Origin: Chthoniobacterales bacterium
GTDB taxonomy: Bacteria; Verrucomicrobiota; Verrucomicrobiia; Chthoniobacterales; UBA10450
Direction: 5' to 3'
Length of the DNA: 64,000 nt
Assembly: GCA_038321775.1 (NCBI GenBank)
Contig: JBBQFI010000014.1
Location: 536-64,535, forward strand
In this document: positions 43,751 through 53,800 of the stretch, piece after piece
Numbering within the stretch: the stretch's first letter is position 1
How the letters are laid out: every line of letters begins with the position of its first letter
Notes under the pieces: model-generated
The model's database searches: none
What the model was told of the DNA's origin: nothing
The model's input: only the letters and a program-made list of their open reading frames with translations
Position numbers and translations under genes: made by a program

Positions 43751-44509
43751 ACTAACTAGTCTCGATCGTACAGCATGCGACCGATCCAGGTCGAAGGTGA
43801 GCTGCTTCACTTTCACTTTCTGCGCAACAAAAGCTGGTAGACCAAAAGCACCACCCAGGTCCTGACGCCGCGCAAACACGAGCAACTTGCCGCCTTTATT
43901 CTCCCGCGTAAAAGAGACAATTTTTTCCGCCGCAAACTGTTCTGTGGCAACATGCGTGCGATACAGGTTTTCGATATCGCGTTCCTGTAATCCGCGCACC
44001 GCGGCAAGCTGCTCTGCAAAGTCGTCCAAACCTCCAGGCGGCATGCGATAACCGCGAGGAAGCATCCTCTTATCATCGCCGTCAAGAACGTATCCTGATT
44101 GTAGCTTGCTACGAATGGGCGCAGGCAATCCGAGAAAGAGTTGGCGAACATCCATTGCTTCGCGCATCACTAATTTGCAGTGATCGCGCAAGCGGCCGGA
44201 GTAGCTCCAGTGCGACTCGCTGTCGGTTCCGTTTCCATACTCAATTCCCACCCACCCGATTGAAAAAGCCGTTCCGCTATTCCGCAAGGCACGCACCATT
44301 TTCACGGCTGATTGATTCGAAGCTACGCTGAGTGCTTCGACCGGGAAATAAATGATGTCGGCACTCTGCACGGCAAGTGTCCATTGATCCGAAGGTTCAG
44401 CGGCCACATCTCGATCCGCTTGTCTGGGCAACGCGGGTTTTGTGGAAAACAAACCGCAACCGCCTGCGAAAACACAAGCGAGACATAATAGAAGACGATC
44501 AGTCTTCAC
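43715..44509 (-). CDS. Lipoprotein, ChaN/DUF399 (haem-binding uptake, Tiki superfamily)-like
   Basis: Lipobox VFAGGC, ADIIYF, and a C-terminal LLVFARRQDLGGAFGLPAFV resembling ChaN-family proteins. Its 3' end overlaps the convergent gene by 36 nt. Confidence 0.4.
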   Translation of the reverse strand: MKTDRLLLCLACVFAGGCGLFSTKPALPRQADRDVAAEPSDQWTLAVQSADIIYFPVEALSVASNQSAVKMVRALRNSGTAFSIGWVGIEYGNGTDSESHWSYSGRLRDHCKLVMREAMDVRQLFLGLPAPIRSKLQSGYVLDGDDKRMLPRGYRMPPGGLDDFAEQLAAVRGLQERDIENLYRTHVATEQFAAEKIVSFTRENKGGKLLVFARRQDLGGAFGLPAFVAQKVKVKQLTFDLDRSHAVRSRLVSLSFVNRELIWF

Positions 44510-44511
44510 TG

Positions 44512-44994
44512 CTAGCCAGAAGTCTTGCCGGCAACACTCAACACGAGTTCTCCTTGCGCGACAGTGGAAAGGTCAACGGTTGCATCCACTTTGAATTGCA
44601 GCAGGTCATGCACCTGCGCGAGTTTTTCAGCACGCAGGACAATCCGCTCACCGGGTCGCACAGCACGAAGAAATTTCATGGAACGAATTGCCGAGAGAAG
44701 AAAAAGCGGACGCTGATCTTCAGCATAACCGGACGCAGCCGCGATTCCCGCGGTCTGTGCGAGCGCTTCGGTTAAAATCACCCCAGGAACGAGCGGATTG
44801 CCGGGGAAATGTCCGGCGAACATTGGATCGTCGGGCGCGAAGGTCGTTGCGCACTCCGCCGATTTGCCGTCGAGGCATTGAAGCAATTCGTGCACAAAAA
44901 CAAATGGCTCGCGATGCGGCAAGCCGAGGAAATGACAAGTGACCAGTGATGAGTGACGAGATTCTTCTCCGCCTTTTTGCTTGTCACTCGTCAC
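44512..44994 (-). CDS. FabZ/FabA-like hot-dog fold (3R)-hydroxyacyl-ACP dehydratase
   Basis: LPHREPFVFV and FAGHFPGNPLVPGVILTEALAQ motifs. The real start is probably TTG 44922 (MPHREPF...), because the ORF-track 5' extension runs through a 16-bp inverted repeat. Confidence 0.7.
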   Translation of the reverse strand: MTSDKQKGGEESRHSSLVTCHFLGLPHREPFVFVHELLQCLDGKSAECATTFAPDDPMFAGHFPGNPLVPGVILTEALAQTAGIAAASGYAEDQRPLFLLSAIRSMKFLRAVRPGERIVLRAEKLAQVHDLLQFKVDATVDLSTVAQGELVLSVAGKTSG

Positions 44995-45002
44995 TCGTCA
45001 CT
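44945..45002. repeat. 16-bp inverted repeat built from GTCACTC-type heptads
   Basis: agtgatgagtgacgag (44945..44960) and ctcgtcactcgtcact (44987..45002) are 15/16 complementary with a 26-nt spacer. The right arm is a tandem gtcactc gtcactc gtcact. Confidence 0.7.
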
Positions 45003-45006
45003 TCCC

Positions 45007-45459
45007 TCAGCCGTTGACGAAATAAGCGAATTTCCAACTGCCATTGACGCGCACGATGCCGGCGCGATAGCCATCGTAATTCAAATTTTCATCAGCGAAT
45101 TGCGGAGGAGCGACCATGAAGTCGTCTTTCGGCACAAACTTTTCCGACAAGATGCCGTCGAGTTCTTCCCAAAGATTGTTTTCATCCCAATACTGAAAAA
45201 CGCCAGGTCCCGAACCGACGGGATTCAAGCGATAACCGAAATTTTCCGTCATCATCGGTGCGAGCGTGTTTGCATCGTGGGCCCTAACCGCTTTGTGCAA
45301 GCGACCGACGAAAGCCTGAAAATCGACTTGCGACGATTGATCCTGTGTTTGCTCATCCGCTTTCTTTTTAGCGGCGTTTTTTGAGTGGTGCTTGTGGAAA
45401 AGACTGCAACCGGACAAGGCCAAGGTGAGGACGAAGAAAAAAGATAGGATGGTCTTCAT
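45007..45459 (-). CDS. Hypothetical lipoprotein
   Basis: Start at the internal ATG 45459 (MKTILSFFFVLTLALSGCS lipobox). No domain recognised. Confidence 0.5.
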   Translation of the reverse strand: MKTILSFFFVLTLALSGCSLFHKHHSKNAAKKKADEQTQDQSSQVDFQAFVGRLHKAVRAHDANTLAPMMTENFGYRLNPVGSGPGVFQYWDENNLWEELDGILSEKFVPKDDFMVAPPQFADENLNYDGYRAGIVRVNGSWKFAYFVNG

Positions 45460-45506
45460 AATATTCACACCGCGATGCAACGGTGTGCCACGTTTGCTGC
45501 GCCGAT

Positions 45507-46310
45507 TCAAGACTGGCGTGCGCAATTGTGGGAATGAGCCACTCGCCCACGTCGGCCAGGCAAGGCCCGGCGATATCGCTTCAGCGGATGTTTGATGAAG
45601 ACGAAGTAGAAGGCATTAACGATTTCCGCCATGGAACACGGAGGACTCGTTAGGCGAATTGGCCCGGTCCGGAGCGCGGAAAAAATACTTTCCGCCGTGA
45701 TCTCGGCGGGACGCGGGACGCTGGTAAAATGCGAACCAAAAGCATGGAGGCGATGTGCATCCGAAGTGGCGATCAGTCGCTTGCCGTATTTTGCCGCGAC
45801 CCTCCTGGCGCGTCGATTGGGATTGAACCAGCCCTTGTAAAAGTGACACCACTCGATCCCGTCAAAACAATCGATTTTATCGAACAACCGACCACCGATC
45901 GATGCCCCCACAACATAAAACGGATGCGGCGCGAAAGTGAAGATGGAGTCCCGGCGCTGGGCCCGCAGCTTTCGCAGATCGTCAAAATCATGGAGTCGCG
46001 CAATTTCTTCTGGCGTCACATTGAGAACAACAACATCTGCTCCTTGCAATCGAATCTCCGCCGCTGGAATCAAAAGAATTCCCATATTGCGGGCATCGGC
46101 GAAGACTTCCGCGCGATTAAAAACGGCATCGTGCAGTGTGATAGCGAGGACGTGAAAGCCCAGCGCGCGCGCGCGCTCGAGCAATTCGTGCGCGGTATAA
46201 TCGATCGTGTCTTTCGGATCGTCGAGCGTATGAATATGAAGATCGAGCTTGATCCAATCTTTTCCGTCCGGCTCTTTTTTTTCCAGCTCCACGACGGAAG
46301 ATAAGAGCAA
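45507..46310 (-). CDS. PHP-domain metal-dependent phosphoesterase
   Basis: 267 aa. DLHIHT start of the PHP fold, LAITLHD, and TSDAHRL. Confidence 0.75.
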   Translation of the reverse strand: MLLSSVVELEKKEPDGKDWIKLDLHIHTLDDPKDTIDYTAHELLERARALGFHVLAITLHDAVFNRAEVFADARNMGILLIPAAEIRLQGADVVVLNVTPEEIARLHDFDDLRKLRAQRRDSIFTFAPHPFYVVGASIGGRLFDKIDCFDGIEWCHFYKGWFNPNRRARRVAAKYGKRLIATSDAHRLHAFGSHFTSVPRPAEITAESIFSALRTGPIRLTSPPCSMAEIVNAFYFVFIKHPLKRYRRALPGRRGRVAHSHNCARQS

Positions 46311-46431
46311 GACTCAGTCCTTTCATCTTTTACCGCCGTTCGATTTTTTTGATAATGCTGAGCGCAAACAGAATGCGCGGGCGAATACGCTTCTTGCTTT
46401 CCTGAGTTCCTGATTCAATTTTCTGCTCCCA

Positions 46432-46512
46432 GCTCGGGTGGTGAAATGGCAGACACGTACGTTTGAGGGGCGTATGCCGAAAGGCATGGGGGTTCAAGTC
46501 CCCCCCCGAGCA
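46432..46512 (+). tRNA. tRNA-Leu (anticodon GAG)
   Basis: GCTCGGGTGGTGAAATGGCAGACACGTACGTTTGAGGGGCGTATGCCGAAAGGCATGGGGGTTCAAGTCCCCCCCGAGCA. Hand-folded, with a long variable arm and anticodon loop TTGAGGG. Confidence 0.9.
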
Positions 46513-46575
46513 TAACCTTTCTCACAAGCGATCCTACGCGTACAGCCTAATGGGCATATAAGAAAACGGCAGACC

Positions 46576-47232
46576 TTACCGGGTTCGCAAAGTAAAGGTA
46601 CACGGAAAGCGGACTTGCTTTCCAGCATACTGCTTATGGGTCCGCCAGTGGCGAGTCGCTGTCATCGCAGCATTATCCAAATCAGAGTAACCTGAACTCT
46701 TGGAAACTCGTACTTCCGCGACCCGGCAATCTGTACCGATCCTCGCGATAAGTTGAACCTGACCTTGCTCGCGTCTGCGACGAGCGCTTTCTGGATAAGC
46801 GGGAAACGGCGCAAAAACCCAAGGGCCTGTTGATTTGCCCTCGAACCATGCAAGGCGGTCTCGGTAAATGGCTGCTGGCATTGCTTCCTGCGCAAAGTCA
46901 AAAACAATGCGATGTCCTTCCTTCAAATCCGCCGGGGTGATCGACGCGGGTTCCATCTTCCATTTCAGGACGCTCTGGACAGCCGCATTATCAAGCTGCG
47001 CGTCCCCGCTGCTTTTCATAACGTCGACGTTGACTACGCTACCATCTGAAGCAATAACAGCGCGAACCGCGACCGAGCCCTCAACGAAGGCCTTCAGAGC
47101 CTCGCTCGGAAACTTCGGCTTAGGAGATTTGCGCCATTTGGTTTCGGCCTCCAACGTAGGACCGAGTGGCCAAAGCGCGAGAAGGACCATCAGGAGTAAT
47201 CCAAGGAAAGAGGAGGGAACGCGAGACAGCAT
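46576..47232 (-). CDS. TonB-family protein with two TonB C-terminal domains
   Basis: 218 aa. N-terminal anchor, and two copies of the P.(F/Y)P..A......G.V.(V/L) ... LD.AA......W motif. Confidence 0.7.
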   Translation of the reverse strand: MLSRVPSSFLGLLLMVLLALWPLGPTLEAETKWRKSPKPKFPSEALKAFVEGSVAVRAVIASDGSVVNVDVMKSSGDAQLDNAAVQSVLKWKMEPASITPADLKEGHRIVFDFAQEAMPAAIYRDRLAWFEGKSTGPWVFAPFPAYPESARRRREQGQVQLIARIGTDCRVAEVRVSKSSGYSDLDNAAMTATRHWRTHKQYAGKQVRFPCTFTLRTR

Positions 47233-47311
47233 GACTCCGAGTATATCAAGTCAGAGCAAATCCTGCCAAGAGCGAAGGGCGAGCAGTGCGAAAGGATCGA
47301 TCGACTTCTCA

Positions 47312-47995
47312 CTACTCGGGTGCTTTTCGGGCCACCTTAGACCCCTTGTTTGTCGGGTAAAAGAATAGTTTGGCGTAGGTGTAGGCGACAGCTTCTCCGA
47401 TAACATCTCGAACTCCGTCACTCGAGCACCACCACCGCTTCGGATCATAATCTTGATTCTGGGCTGCGATGATGCCGATCGCGACGTTGTCGCCAAATGC
47501 TTCCCGGTACAGAAGCCGAGTACGTCGGGCATGCGCCATTTCTGTTACGACATTCATGTTCCGAATTTCTGACTTGTGTTGGCGAAGCCAATCCCGCAAC
47601 GCAACTGCCGCATGGAAAGTTCTGTCACGGCCGACTTCGTGCGAGGGAACCGAATGCAGAAATTCGTTCGGAATGCCTCGGTAATGCAACCAATCGGCCA
47701 TTGTCGCCGCAGCAGTATCCGAATCGGATAAAGCGCCGGGCCGAGGTCCGCCGGTGGTAAAGATGGAATGGTAGCGGCCGGTTTTGTACTCTTCCACACT
47801 GGCGCGAATTCCAAATTCATTCACCCAACCTTCAACGACCAGAACATCGGTGTTCACACGCTGAGTTACGGCAAGAAAAGGATAAATCGTTACAGCCAAT
47901 ACGCAGGGCGTGAGAATCACGATCGCGATAACCAAAATCCAACCAATACCGGACAGGCCCCAGCGTTCCTTGCGCGTTACGATCTGGATTTTCAC
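47312..47995 (-). CDS. YdcF/ElyC (DUF218) family protein
   Basis: 227 aa. N-terminal TM helix and a DUF218 core (DVLVVEGW..., NMNVVTEMAHARR). Confidence 0.7.
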   Translation of the reverse strand: MKIQIVTRKERWGLSGIGWILVIAIVILTPCVLAVTIYPFLAVTQRVNTDVLVVEGWVNEFGIRASVEEYKTGRYHSIFTTGGPRPGALSDSDTAAATMADWLHYRGIPNEFLHSVPSHEVGRDRTFHAAVALRDWLRQHKSEIRNMNVVTEMAHARRTRLLYREAFGDNVAIGIIAAQNQDYDPKRWWCSSDGVRDVIGEAVAYTYAKLFFYPTNKGSKVARKAPE

Positions 47996-48038
47996 AGCTT
48001 CAGACGCGAAAGAGCGCGGTCGCGCCTAACGAGTTGAA

Positions 48039-50033
48039 TCAACTCAGAGGCAACCAATTTCCCGGTTGCGGCAATGGCTTGCTCCCGTTCAGGGAAAGAT
48101 AAGTGTATTCCTGGAGAAGACGCTCGTAGTCCGAGAGCAATTTCATTCCGTCATTAGGCTTTAAGCGATCGGTTTTAATCGCGGTATCAACCTGTGTTTT
48201 TAGCAACCGCATTAGCTCGACTTTGTCCCATTGCGTCATGGAAAGCACTTCTCCGATCGTGCTGCCTTCGATCACTTCTTCAATGTACCAACCGGATTCC
48301 TCGTCCGGATCGAGAAAGACATGCACTTCGGTAACGCGGCCAAACAAATTGTGCAGATCCCCCATGATGTCCTGATAAGCCCCCACCATGAAGACACCGA
48401 GGTAATAAAGCTCCCCGGGAGTGATGCGATGCAAAGGCAATGTGTACTTCACATCCTGCAGGTCGATGAATTTCGAGACCTTGCCATCGGAGTCGCAAGT
48501 AATGTCCACGATCATGCCATTACGGTCCGGGGCAGTCGTTAGACGATGAATCGGCATGATAGGAAACAGTTGCCCCAGGGCCCAATGATCGAGAAGGGAT
48601 TGAAAGACAGAAAAGTTGCAGATGTATTGATCGCCTAACGAGATCTCAAGTTCCTTCACTTCTTCCGGAACGAAACGCAGACCGCGATGCATGTTCACGA
48701 TTTGCTGCGCAAGCTGCCAGTAAACCGTATCGATCTTCGCTTTCGACTCGAGATCGAGCAGCCCAAGATCGAAAGTTTGCTGCGACTCTTCCTTGATCTG
48801 TTGAATGTCGTGCAAACTCTCGATGCGATTGCCGCGCTTGAGACGCTGTTTCACATCGAGAATGTCAGCGACAAGCTTGTGATCTTTCTCCGCGACTTCG
48901 ACCTTCAACTTCGGCGCCGTTTTTTCGATGGAGCTGAATGCTTCAACGACCAGGACGGAATGGTGCGCCACGATTGCGCGCCCGCCCTCGCTCACGATCG
49001 CCGGATGCGGAATACCCTCAGAATCGCAAACGTCGGCAATATTCCAGACGACGTCGTTGGCATATTCCTGGAGCGAATAATTTGTTGAGCTATCGAAATC
49101 GCTGCGTGAACCGTCGTAATCGACACCAAGTCCGCCGCCCACGTCGAGATAACCGAGATCGTGCCCGAGCTTGGCGAGTTTGGTGTAATAACGAGCGGCT
49201 TCGCGAACGGCGCGCTTGATCGTGGAAATATCCGGCACCTGCGAACCGACATGGAAATGGACGAGCTTGAGACAATGCGAAAGCCCAGCCGTTTTCAACA
49301 TCTCGCTCGCCGCGACCAGACTCGTGGTGTCGAGACCGAACTTCGCGTTCTCGCCGCCGCTCGGCGACCATTTCCCCGATCCTTTACTGTAGAGACGAAC
49401 GCGAATGCCGATGTGCGGTTCGACGCCGACTTCCTGGGCGGCGCGGATTGTTTGTTCGAGTTCCTCCAGTTTTTCGACAACGATGATAACGGACTTGCCG
49501 AGTTTACGTCCGAGAAGCGCAATGCGAATGAACGCGCGATCTTTGTAGCCGTTGCAAATGATCAAACTTTCCGGGTCCTTGTGCATGGCCAGCGCCGCGA
49601 CCAATTCCGGTTTGCTCCCGGCTTCGAGACCGAAGTGGAATTGCGCGCCGGCATCGACGATCTCTTCAATCACTTCGCGCAATTGGTTGACCTTGATCGG
49701 AAAAACGCCGCGATAAACGTTTTTGTAACTGAATTCGGTCATCGCGTTCTCGAACGCGCAATTGACTGCTTCCACGCGGTGACGCAGCAAATCCTGAAAC
49801 CGAATCACGAGCGGAAAACCGAGCCCGCGAATGCGCGCTTCGTTGACTACTTCAAGCAGATCAATGGAACCGCCTTTTTCCTGGAGCGGCCGCGCCACGA
49901 CATTGCCCGCCGCGTTGACGGTAAAGTAATCACCACCCCAGCGATCGACGTTGTAAGTCGCGATCGCGGCTTCCACGTCCCATTCATTTTTTATTTTTTC
50001 CGGGGCTGGCACGGTAGCAATGCGCATCATCAA
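48039..50033 (-). CDS. speA: Biosynthetic arginine decarboxylase
   Basis: 664 aa. YNVDRWGGDYF N-terminus, a PLP lysine region (VFPIKVNQ) and LDVGGGLGVDYDG. Confidence 0.9.
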   Translation of the reverse strand: MMMRIATVPAPEKIKNEWDVEAAIATYNVDRWGGDYFTVNAAGNVVARPLQEKGGSIDLLEVVNEARIRGLGFPLVIRFQDLLRHRVEAVNCAFENAMTEFSYKNVYRGVFPIKVNQLREVIEEIVDAGAQFHFGLEAGSKPELVAALAMHKDPESLIICNGYKDRAFIRIALLGRKLGKSVIIVVEKLEELEQTIRAAQEVGVEPHIGIRVRLYSKGSGKWSPSGGENAKFGLDTTSLVAASEMLKTAGLSHCLKLVHFHVGSQVPDISTIKRAVREAARYYTKLAKLGHDLGYLDVGGGLGVDYDGSRSDFDSSTNYSLQEYANDVVWNIADVCDSEGIPHPAIVSEGGRAIVAHHSVLVVEAFSSIEKTAPKLKVEVAEKDHKLVADILDVKQRLKRGNRIESLHDIQQIKEESQQTFDLGLLDLESKAKIDTVYWQLAQQIVNMHRGLRFVPEEVKELEISLGDQYICNFSVFQSLLDHWALGQLFPIMPIHRLTTAPDRNGMIVDITCDSDGKVSKFIDLQDVKYTLPLHRITPGELYYLGVFMVGAYQDIMGDLHNLFGRVTEVHVFLDPDEESGWYIEEVIEGSTIGEVLSMTQWDKVELMRLLKTQVDTAIKTDRLKPNDGMKLLSDYERLLQEYTYLSLNGSKPLPQPGNWLPLS

Positions 50034-50135
50034 TTACCGCGGACGACATGCAAGCACAGGACGAAAGAATTTTTCGCGCGCGTTGTCCGGGTCGGATGCT
50101 TGTTTTTCGTATCGCCTCGCATACCGTTTCTCCGG

Positions 50136-50630
50136 ATGGATAAAACGGTGATTGAGGTGCAGGTGCGGGCGGTCTTGCCCACTAGCGGAGGATGCGCTGT
50201 TTTTCTCGGGAATCACGACAAGGTGTTTATTATTTATGTCGACCAAACGGTCGGTAGCGCGATCACGATGTTCATGCGCGAGATCACAAAAGAGCGCCCG
50301 TTGACGCACGATCTCATGGGGCATTTCATGACCGCGGTCGGCGCGCATGTGGAGCGAGTCATCATTAACGATTTAAAAAACGCCACCTACTACGCGCGCA
50401 TTATTATTCGAGCGGAAAACGAACTGCAGCAGAAAAAAATCATCGAACTCGATGCGCGACCGAGCGATTGCATCGCCATGGCCACACAGCAAAAAGCGCC
50501 CATTTACGTGAGCCAGGAAGTTTGGGATGAAGTCGATGATATGAGCGACGTCCTGCGCAAGATGGAAGAGGAAGGCCTCAAGCCCGATCCTGAAACGGAA
50601 TCGGAATCGGAATCGAGCGAAGAAGAGTAG
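50136..50630 (+). CDS. Bifunctional nuclease (DUF151) family protein with acidic C-terminal tail
   Basis: MDKTVIEVQVRAVLPTSGGCAVFLG...ERPLTHDLM...DARPSDCIAMA. Only the 3' third of ORF 49161..50630 is used, because the rest is antisense to speA. Confidence 0.8.
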   Translation: MDKTVIEVQVRAVLPTSGGCAVFLGNHDKVFIIYVDQTVGSAITMFMREITKERPLTHDLMGHFMTAVGAHVERVIINDLKNATYYARIIIRAENELQQKKIIELDARPSDCIAMATQQKAPIYVSQEVWDEVDDMSDVLRKMEEEGLKPDPETESESESSEEE

Positions 50631-52394
50631 CTACAAAAGATCCGCGTAATGTTTTTGCGCGAGCGCCTGGCATCGCTCGAGAATTTCCGCCGGCGTTTCC
50701 ATCTCCAACGCTTCCTGAACGAGCGCTTCACATTCGCTCGCGCTCAATCTTTGCACCGCTAATTTTACCCGTGGAACGAGCGAAGCACTGGCGCTCAATT
50801 CGTCCATCGCGAGGCCGAGCAAAAGCGGAGTGAGCACAATATCGCCCGCCATCTCACCGCAAACACCGACCCAGATGTCGTTCGCGTGCGCCGCGTCCGC
50901 GACCATTTTCAACAAGCGCAATACCGCGGGATGTGTGGGCTGATAAAGATGCGCGATGCTTTCGTTCACGCGATCGACGGCAATGGCGTACTGAATGAGA
51001 TCGTTTGTGCCGATGCTGAAAAAATCCACTTCGCGCGCGAGCGTGTCGGCAGAAATTGCGGCGCTGGGAATCTCGATCATGGCGCCGACCTGCATCTCCT
51101 CGTCGAACGGAATTCCTTCGTCGCCCAGTTCTTTTTTACATTCATCCAAAACCGCGATCGCGCGGCGCAGTTCCGCGATTCCCGAAATCATCGGGAACAT
51201 GATCTTGATGTTTTTCGAAATGCTGGCCCGCAAGATTGCGCGCAACTGCACCTTAAAAATTTCCGGGTGATCGAGACAAAAGCGGATCGCGCGACAACCT
51301 AGAAAGGGGTTCAACTCATCATCAGCTTTGATTGCATCGGCGATTTTGTCGCCGCCCAGATCGAACGTTCGGATGATAAGCGGATGAGGCGCGACACTGT
51401 CGGCAACTTTGCGATAAATTTCGTGCTGCTCATCTTCCGCAGGCATATCGGAGCGGTTGATGTAAAGAAACTCGGTGCGATAAAGTCCGATTCCTTCCGC
51501 GCCGTTTTCCGCCACCGCAACCAACTCGCTCGGTAATTCGATGTTGGCTGAAAGGACAATGTGTCTTCCATCGCTCGTGGTCGATTTCGTTTCACGAAGG
51601 CCGGCAAGCGCTGCGGCCACGCGCTCCTTTGTCGATTCGAGCTCTGTGTAGTGCCGCAGCGTCTCCTCCGTCGGATTCTGAATGAGAATCCCGTTGTAAC
51701 CATCGAGCAAAACTTCGTCGCCGGTTTCGAGCTTCTCGGAAATATCGTGCAGGCCAACTACCGTCGGAATGTTGAGCGAACGCGCCATGATCGCAGTGTG
51801 CGAAGTGCGACTGCCGAGATCGGTCGCCATTCCTAAAACTCGATGCCGATCCATCGTGGCGGTATCGGAAGGCGTCAGATTATGCGCGATGAGAATGTGC
51901 GGTTCACTCACGGCGAGGAACGGCTTCGATGCTTTGCCCTGAAGATTTCGGATGACGCGACGTGTCACGTCCTGGATATCGACTGCGCGTTCGCGCAAAT
52001 ACGGATCGTCGATCTTGCTCAAGGTATCGGCGTAACGTCTTGCCACTTCCTGGAAAATGTATTCCACATTGCAGCGGTCGGATTCGAGCTTGCGCAGAAC
52101 TTCATCAATCAAAGTGCGATCTTCCACCACGAGCAGATGCGCATCGAAAACGCTCGCGTCCTTCGCGCCGATTGCTTCCGCGATGTTCTGCTGCATCTCG
52201 AGAATTTGAGCGCGCGTTTGCATGAGCGCCGTCTCGAAACGCGCAATCTCCTGCGGGACGCGGCTTGGTTCGATGCCGTAGCGCGCGACATCGTCCACTT
52301 CATCACGAACGACATGCGTACGGCCGCGCGCAATGCCGGGAGCTACTCCCACTCCAGTGAAACGAAGTTCTTCTTGCACGCGCCTGTCGCTCAT
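50631..52394 (-). CDS. ptsI: Phosphoenolpyruvate-protein phosphotransferase (PTS enzyme I)
   Basis: 587 aa. Phospho-histidine region (GSRTSHTAIMARS) and PEP-utilising C-terminal motifs (FFSIGTNDLIQY). Confidence 0.9.
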   Translation of the reverse strand: MSDRRVQEELRFTGVGVAPGIARGRTHVVRDEVDDVARYGIEPSRVPQEIARFETALMQTRAQILEMQQNIAEAIGAKDASVFDAHLLVVEDRTLIDEVLRKLESDRCNVEYIFQEVARRYADTLSKIDDPYLRERAVDIQDVTRRVIRNLQGKASKPFLAVSEPHILIAHNLTPSDTATMDRHRVLGMATDLGSRTSHTAIMARSLNIPTVVGLHDISEKLETGDEVLLDGYNGILIQNPTEETLRHYTELESTKERVAAALAGLRETKSTTSDGRHIVLSANIELPSELVAVAENGAEGIGLYRTEFLYINRSDMPAEDEQHEIYRKVADSVAPHPLIIRTFDLGGDKIADAIKADDELNPFLGCRAIRFCLDHPEIFKVQLRAILRASISKNIKIMFPMISGIAELRRAIAVLDECKKELGDEGIPFDEEMQVGAMIEIPSAAISADTLAREVDFFSIGTNDLIQYAIAVDRVNESIAHLYQPTHPAVLRLLKMVADAAHANDIWVGVCGEMAGDIVLTPLLLGLAMDELSASASLVPRVKLAVQRLSASECEALVQEALEMETPAEILERCQALAQKHYADLL

Positions 52395-52416
52395 TGGTGA
52401 GAGACTAGCGTCAATG

Positions 52417-52728
52417 TCAATCCTCGTTAAAGCCTGCTTTTATTAACTCTTCGATATCCTGCATCGCCTTGCTCGCGTCTTCGCCTTCGCAGCGAATGTG
52501 GAGCTTGGAGCCTTGTCCGGCCGCGAGCATCATCAAACCCATGATACTTTTGCCGTTCACTTCCTCGCCGTCCTTATCCACCCAGACTTCGCAACGATAA
52601 CGGCTCGCAATGCGGACAAACATGGCGGCGGGACGCGCATGCAACCCGAGACGATTCACAATCGGAATATCTTTTTCTATTTTCTGGCCCTGTTCAGATC
52701 CGGTGCCTTTGCGATTCAGAAGTCCCAT
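52417..52728 (-). CDS. ptsH: HPr-family phosphocarrier protein
   Basis: 103 aa. GLHARPA active-site His region and a GKSIMGLMML Ser-46-like region. Confidence 0.85.
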   Translation of the reverse strand: MGLLNRKGTGSEQGQKIEKDIPIVNRLGLHARPAAMFVRIASRYRCEVWVDKDGEEVNGKSIMGLMMLAAGQGSKLHIRCEGEDASKAMQDIEELIKAGFNED

Positions 52729-53720
52729 CAGCTCTTATCCATTAAGTCCAGCAACTTTGTATTGAATTCCACTGCGCTGTTATGTCCCATCGCTTTTAAC
52801 TTTTGATCCATCGCTGCTACTTCGATCAAGCGCGCGATATCGCGCCCTGGTCGCACCGGAATCGTGACATGCGGGACCGGCAGTTGCAGGATTTCGTAAA
52901 ACTCCTGATCGAGTCCAATCCTATCCACTTCTTCCAGCTCTTGCCAGTCTTTCAATGTGACAACGAGGTCAAGACGCTTTTCCGTGCGGACTGAGCCAAT
53001 GCCGAAAATTGAAATAACATTGATGATACCAATGCCGCGCACCTCCATGTGATAGCGCGTCAGATCAGGCGCGGTCGCCATCAGTTCGCGGCCTTCCAAC
53101 GATCTGATGCGCGTGACGTCATCGGAAACAAGACTGTAACCGCGCTCGATCAGACCGAGCGCGCATTCACTTTTACCGACACCGCTCGATCCACGAATGA
53201 GCACTCCGATACCGAGAATGTCCACCATGCTGCCGAACTCCGTCACGGTTGGAGCAAAATCCAGTTCCAACGCAATCGTCGCCGCGTTGATGAACTTCAT
53301 TGTAATCATCGGCGTGCGAAAAACAGCGATGCCTACTTCATCGGCGACGTCGAGCAGTTCCGGCGCAAGATGAAAACCACGCGAAGCTACCAGACACGGA
53401 ATCTTTTGCTCGCAAAGAAGACGAAAGCGCTCAACGCGAAGTTTCAGAGGCAAACTTTTCAGGTACGATTGCTCCGCCGCGCCCAGAACCTGCACACGCT
53501 TCGCCGCGAAGTAAATGTAGAAACCGGAAAGCGCGAGACCGGGACGATTGATGGTCGGTTCGCGGATCTTACGATTAAAACCGACGCGTTTGCCTTCGAG
53601 CTTAAGTTGAAGCTTCTCCGCGTGTGCATTGTAAAAACTTTCGATCGTAACTACCGGAACGTTTTTCCGCAGATCGCTCGTCGAAGTAATTGTCTGAATG
53701 CTTGTGCTCCGATTCATCAC
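52728..53720 (-). CDS. hprK: HPr(Ser) kinase/phosphorylase
   Basis: 330 aa. Walker A GSSGVGKSE and a capping/K3-loop region (EVRGIGIINV). Confidence 0.9.
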   Translation of the reverse strand: MMNRSTSIQTITSTSDLRKNVPVVTIESFYNAHAEKLQLKLEGKRVGFNRKIREPTINRPGLALSGFYIYFAAKRVQVLGAAEQSYLKSLPLKLRVERFRLLCEQKIPCLVASRGFHLAPELLDVADEVGIAVFRTPMITMKFINAATIALELDFAPTVTEFGSMVDILGIGVLIRGSSGVGKSECALGLIERGYSLVSDDVTRIRSLEGRELMATAPDLTRYHMEVRGIGIINVISIFGIGSVRTEKRLDLVVTLKDWQELEEVDRIGLDQEFYEILQLPVPHVTIPVRPGRDIARLIEVAAMDQKLKAMGHNSAVEFNTKLLDLMDKS

Positions 53721-53800
53721 GCGATTTCAGATGTATCGCGGGAGCAGATAGAATTCCAGAAAGCATTCTCTTTCTGGAGCGGTGGATTTTTAAAGGCGGC

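Noticed and set aside
46391-46431. Shared 11-mer tgctttcctga upstream of tRNA-Leu (46394) and of rpmF (59848), considered as a promoter element
   Set aside because: Hundreds of chance 11-mer matches are expected between positions in a 64-kb window, and there is no further extended similarity.
49161-50135. 5' two-thirds of ORF 49161..50630 (489 aa)
   Set aside because: This part is antisense to the well-conserved speA gene and is low-complexity. Only the 3' part from ATG 50136 matches the DUF151 nuclease family.
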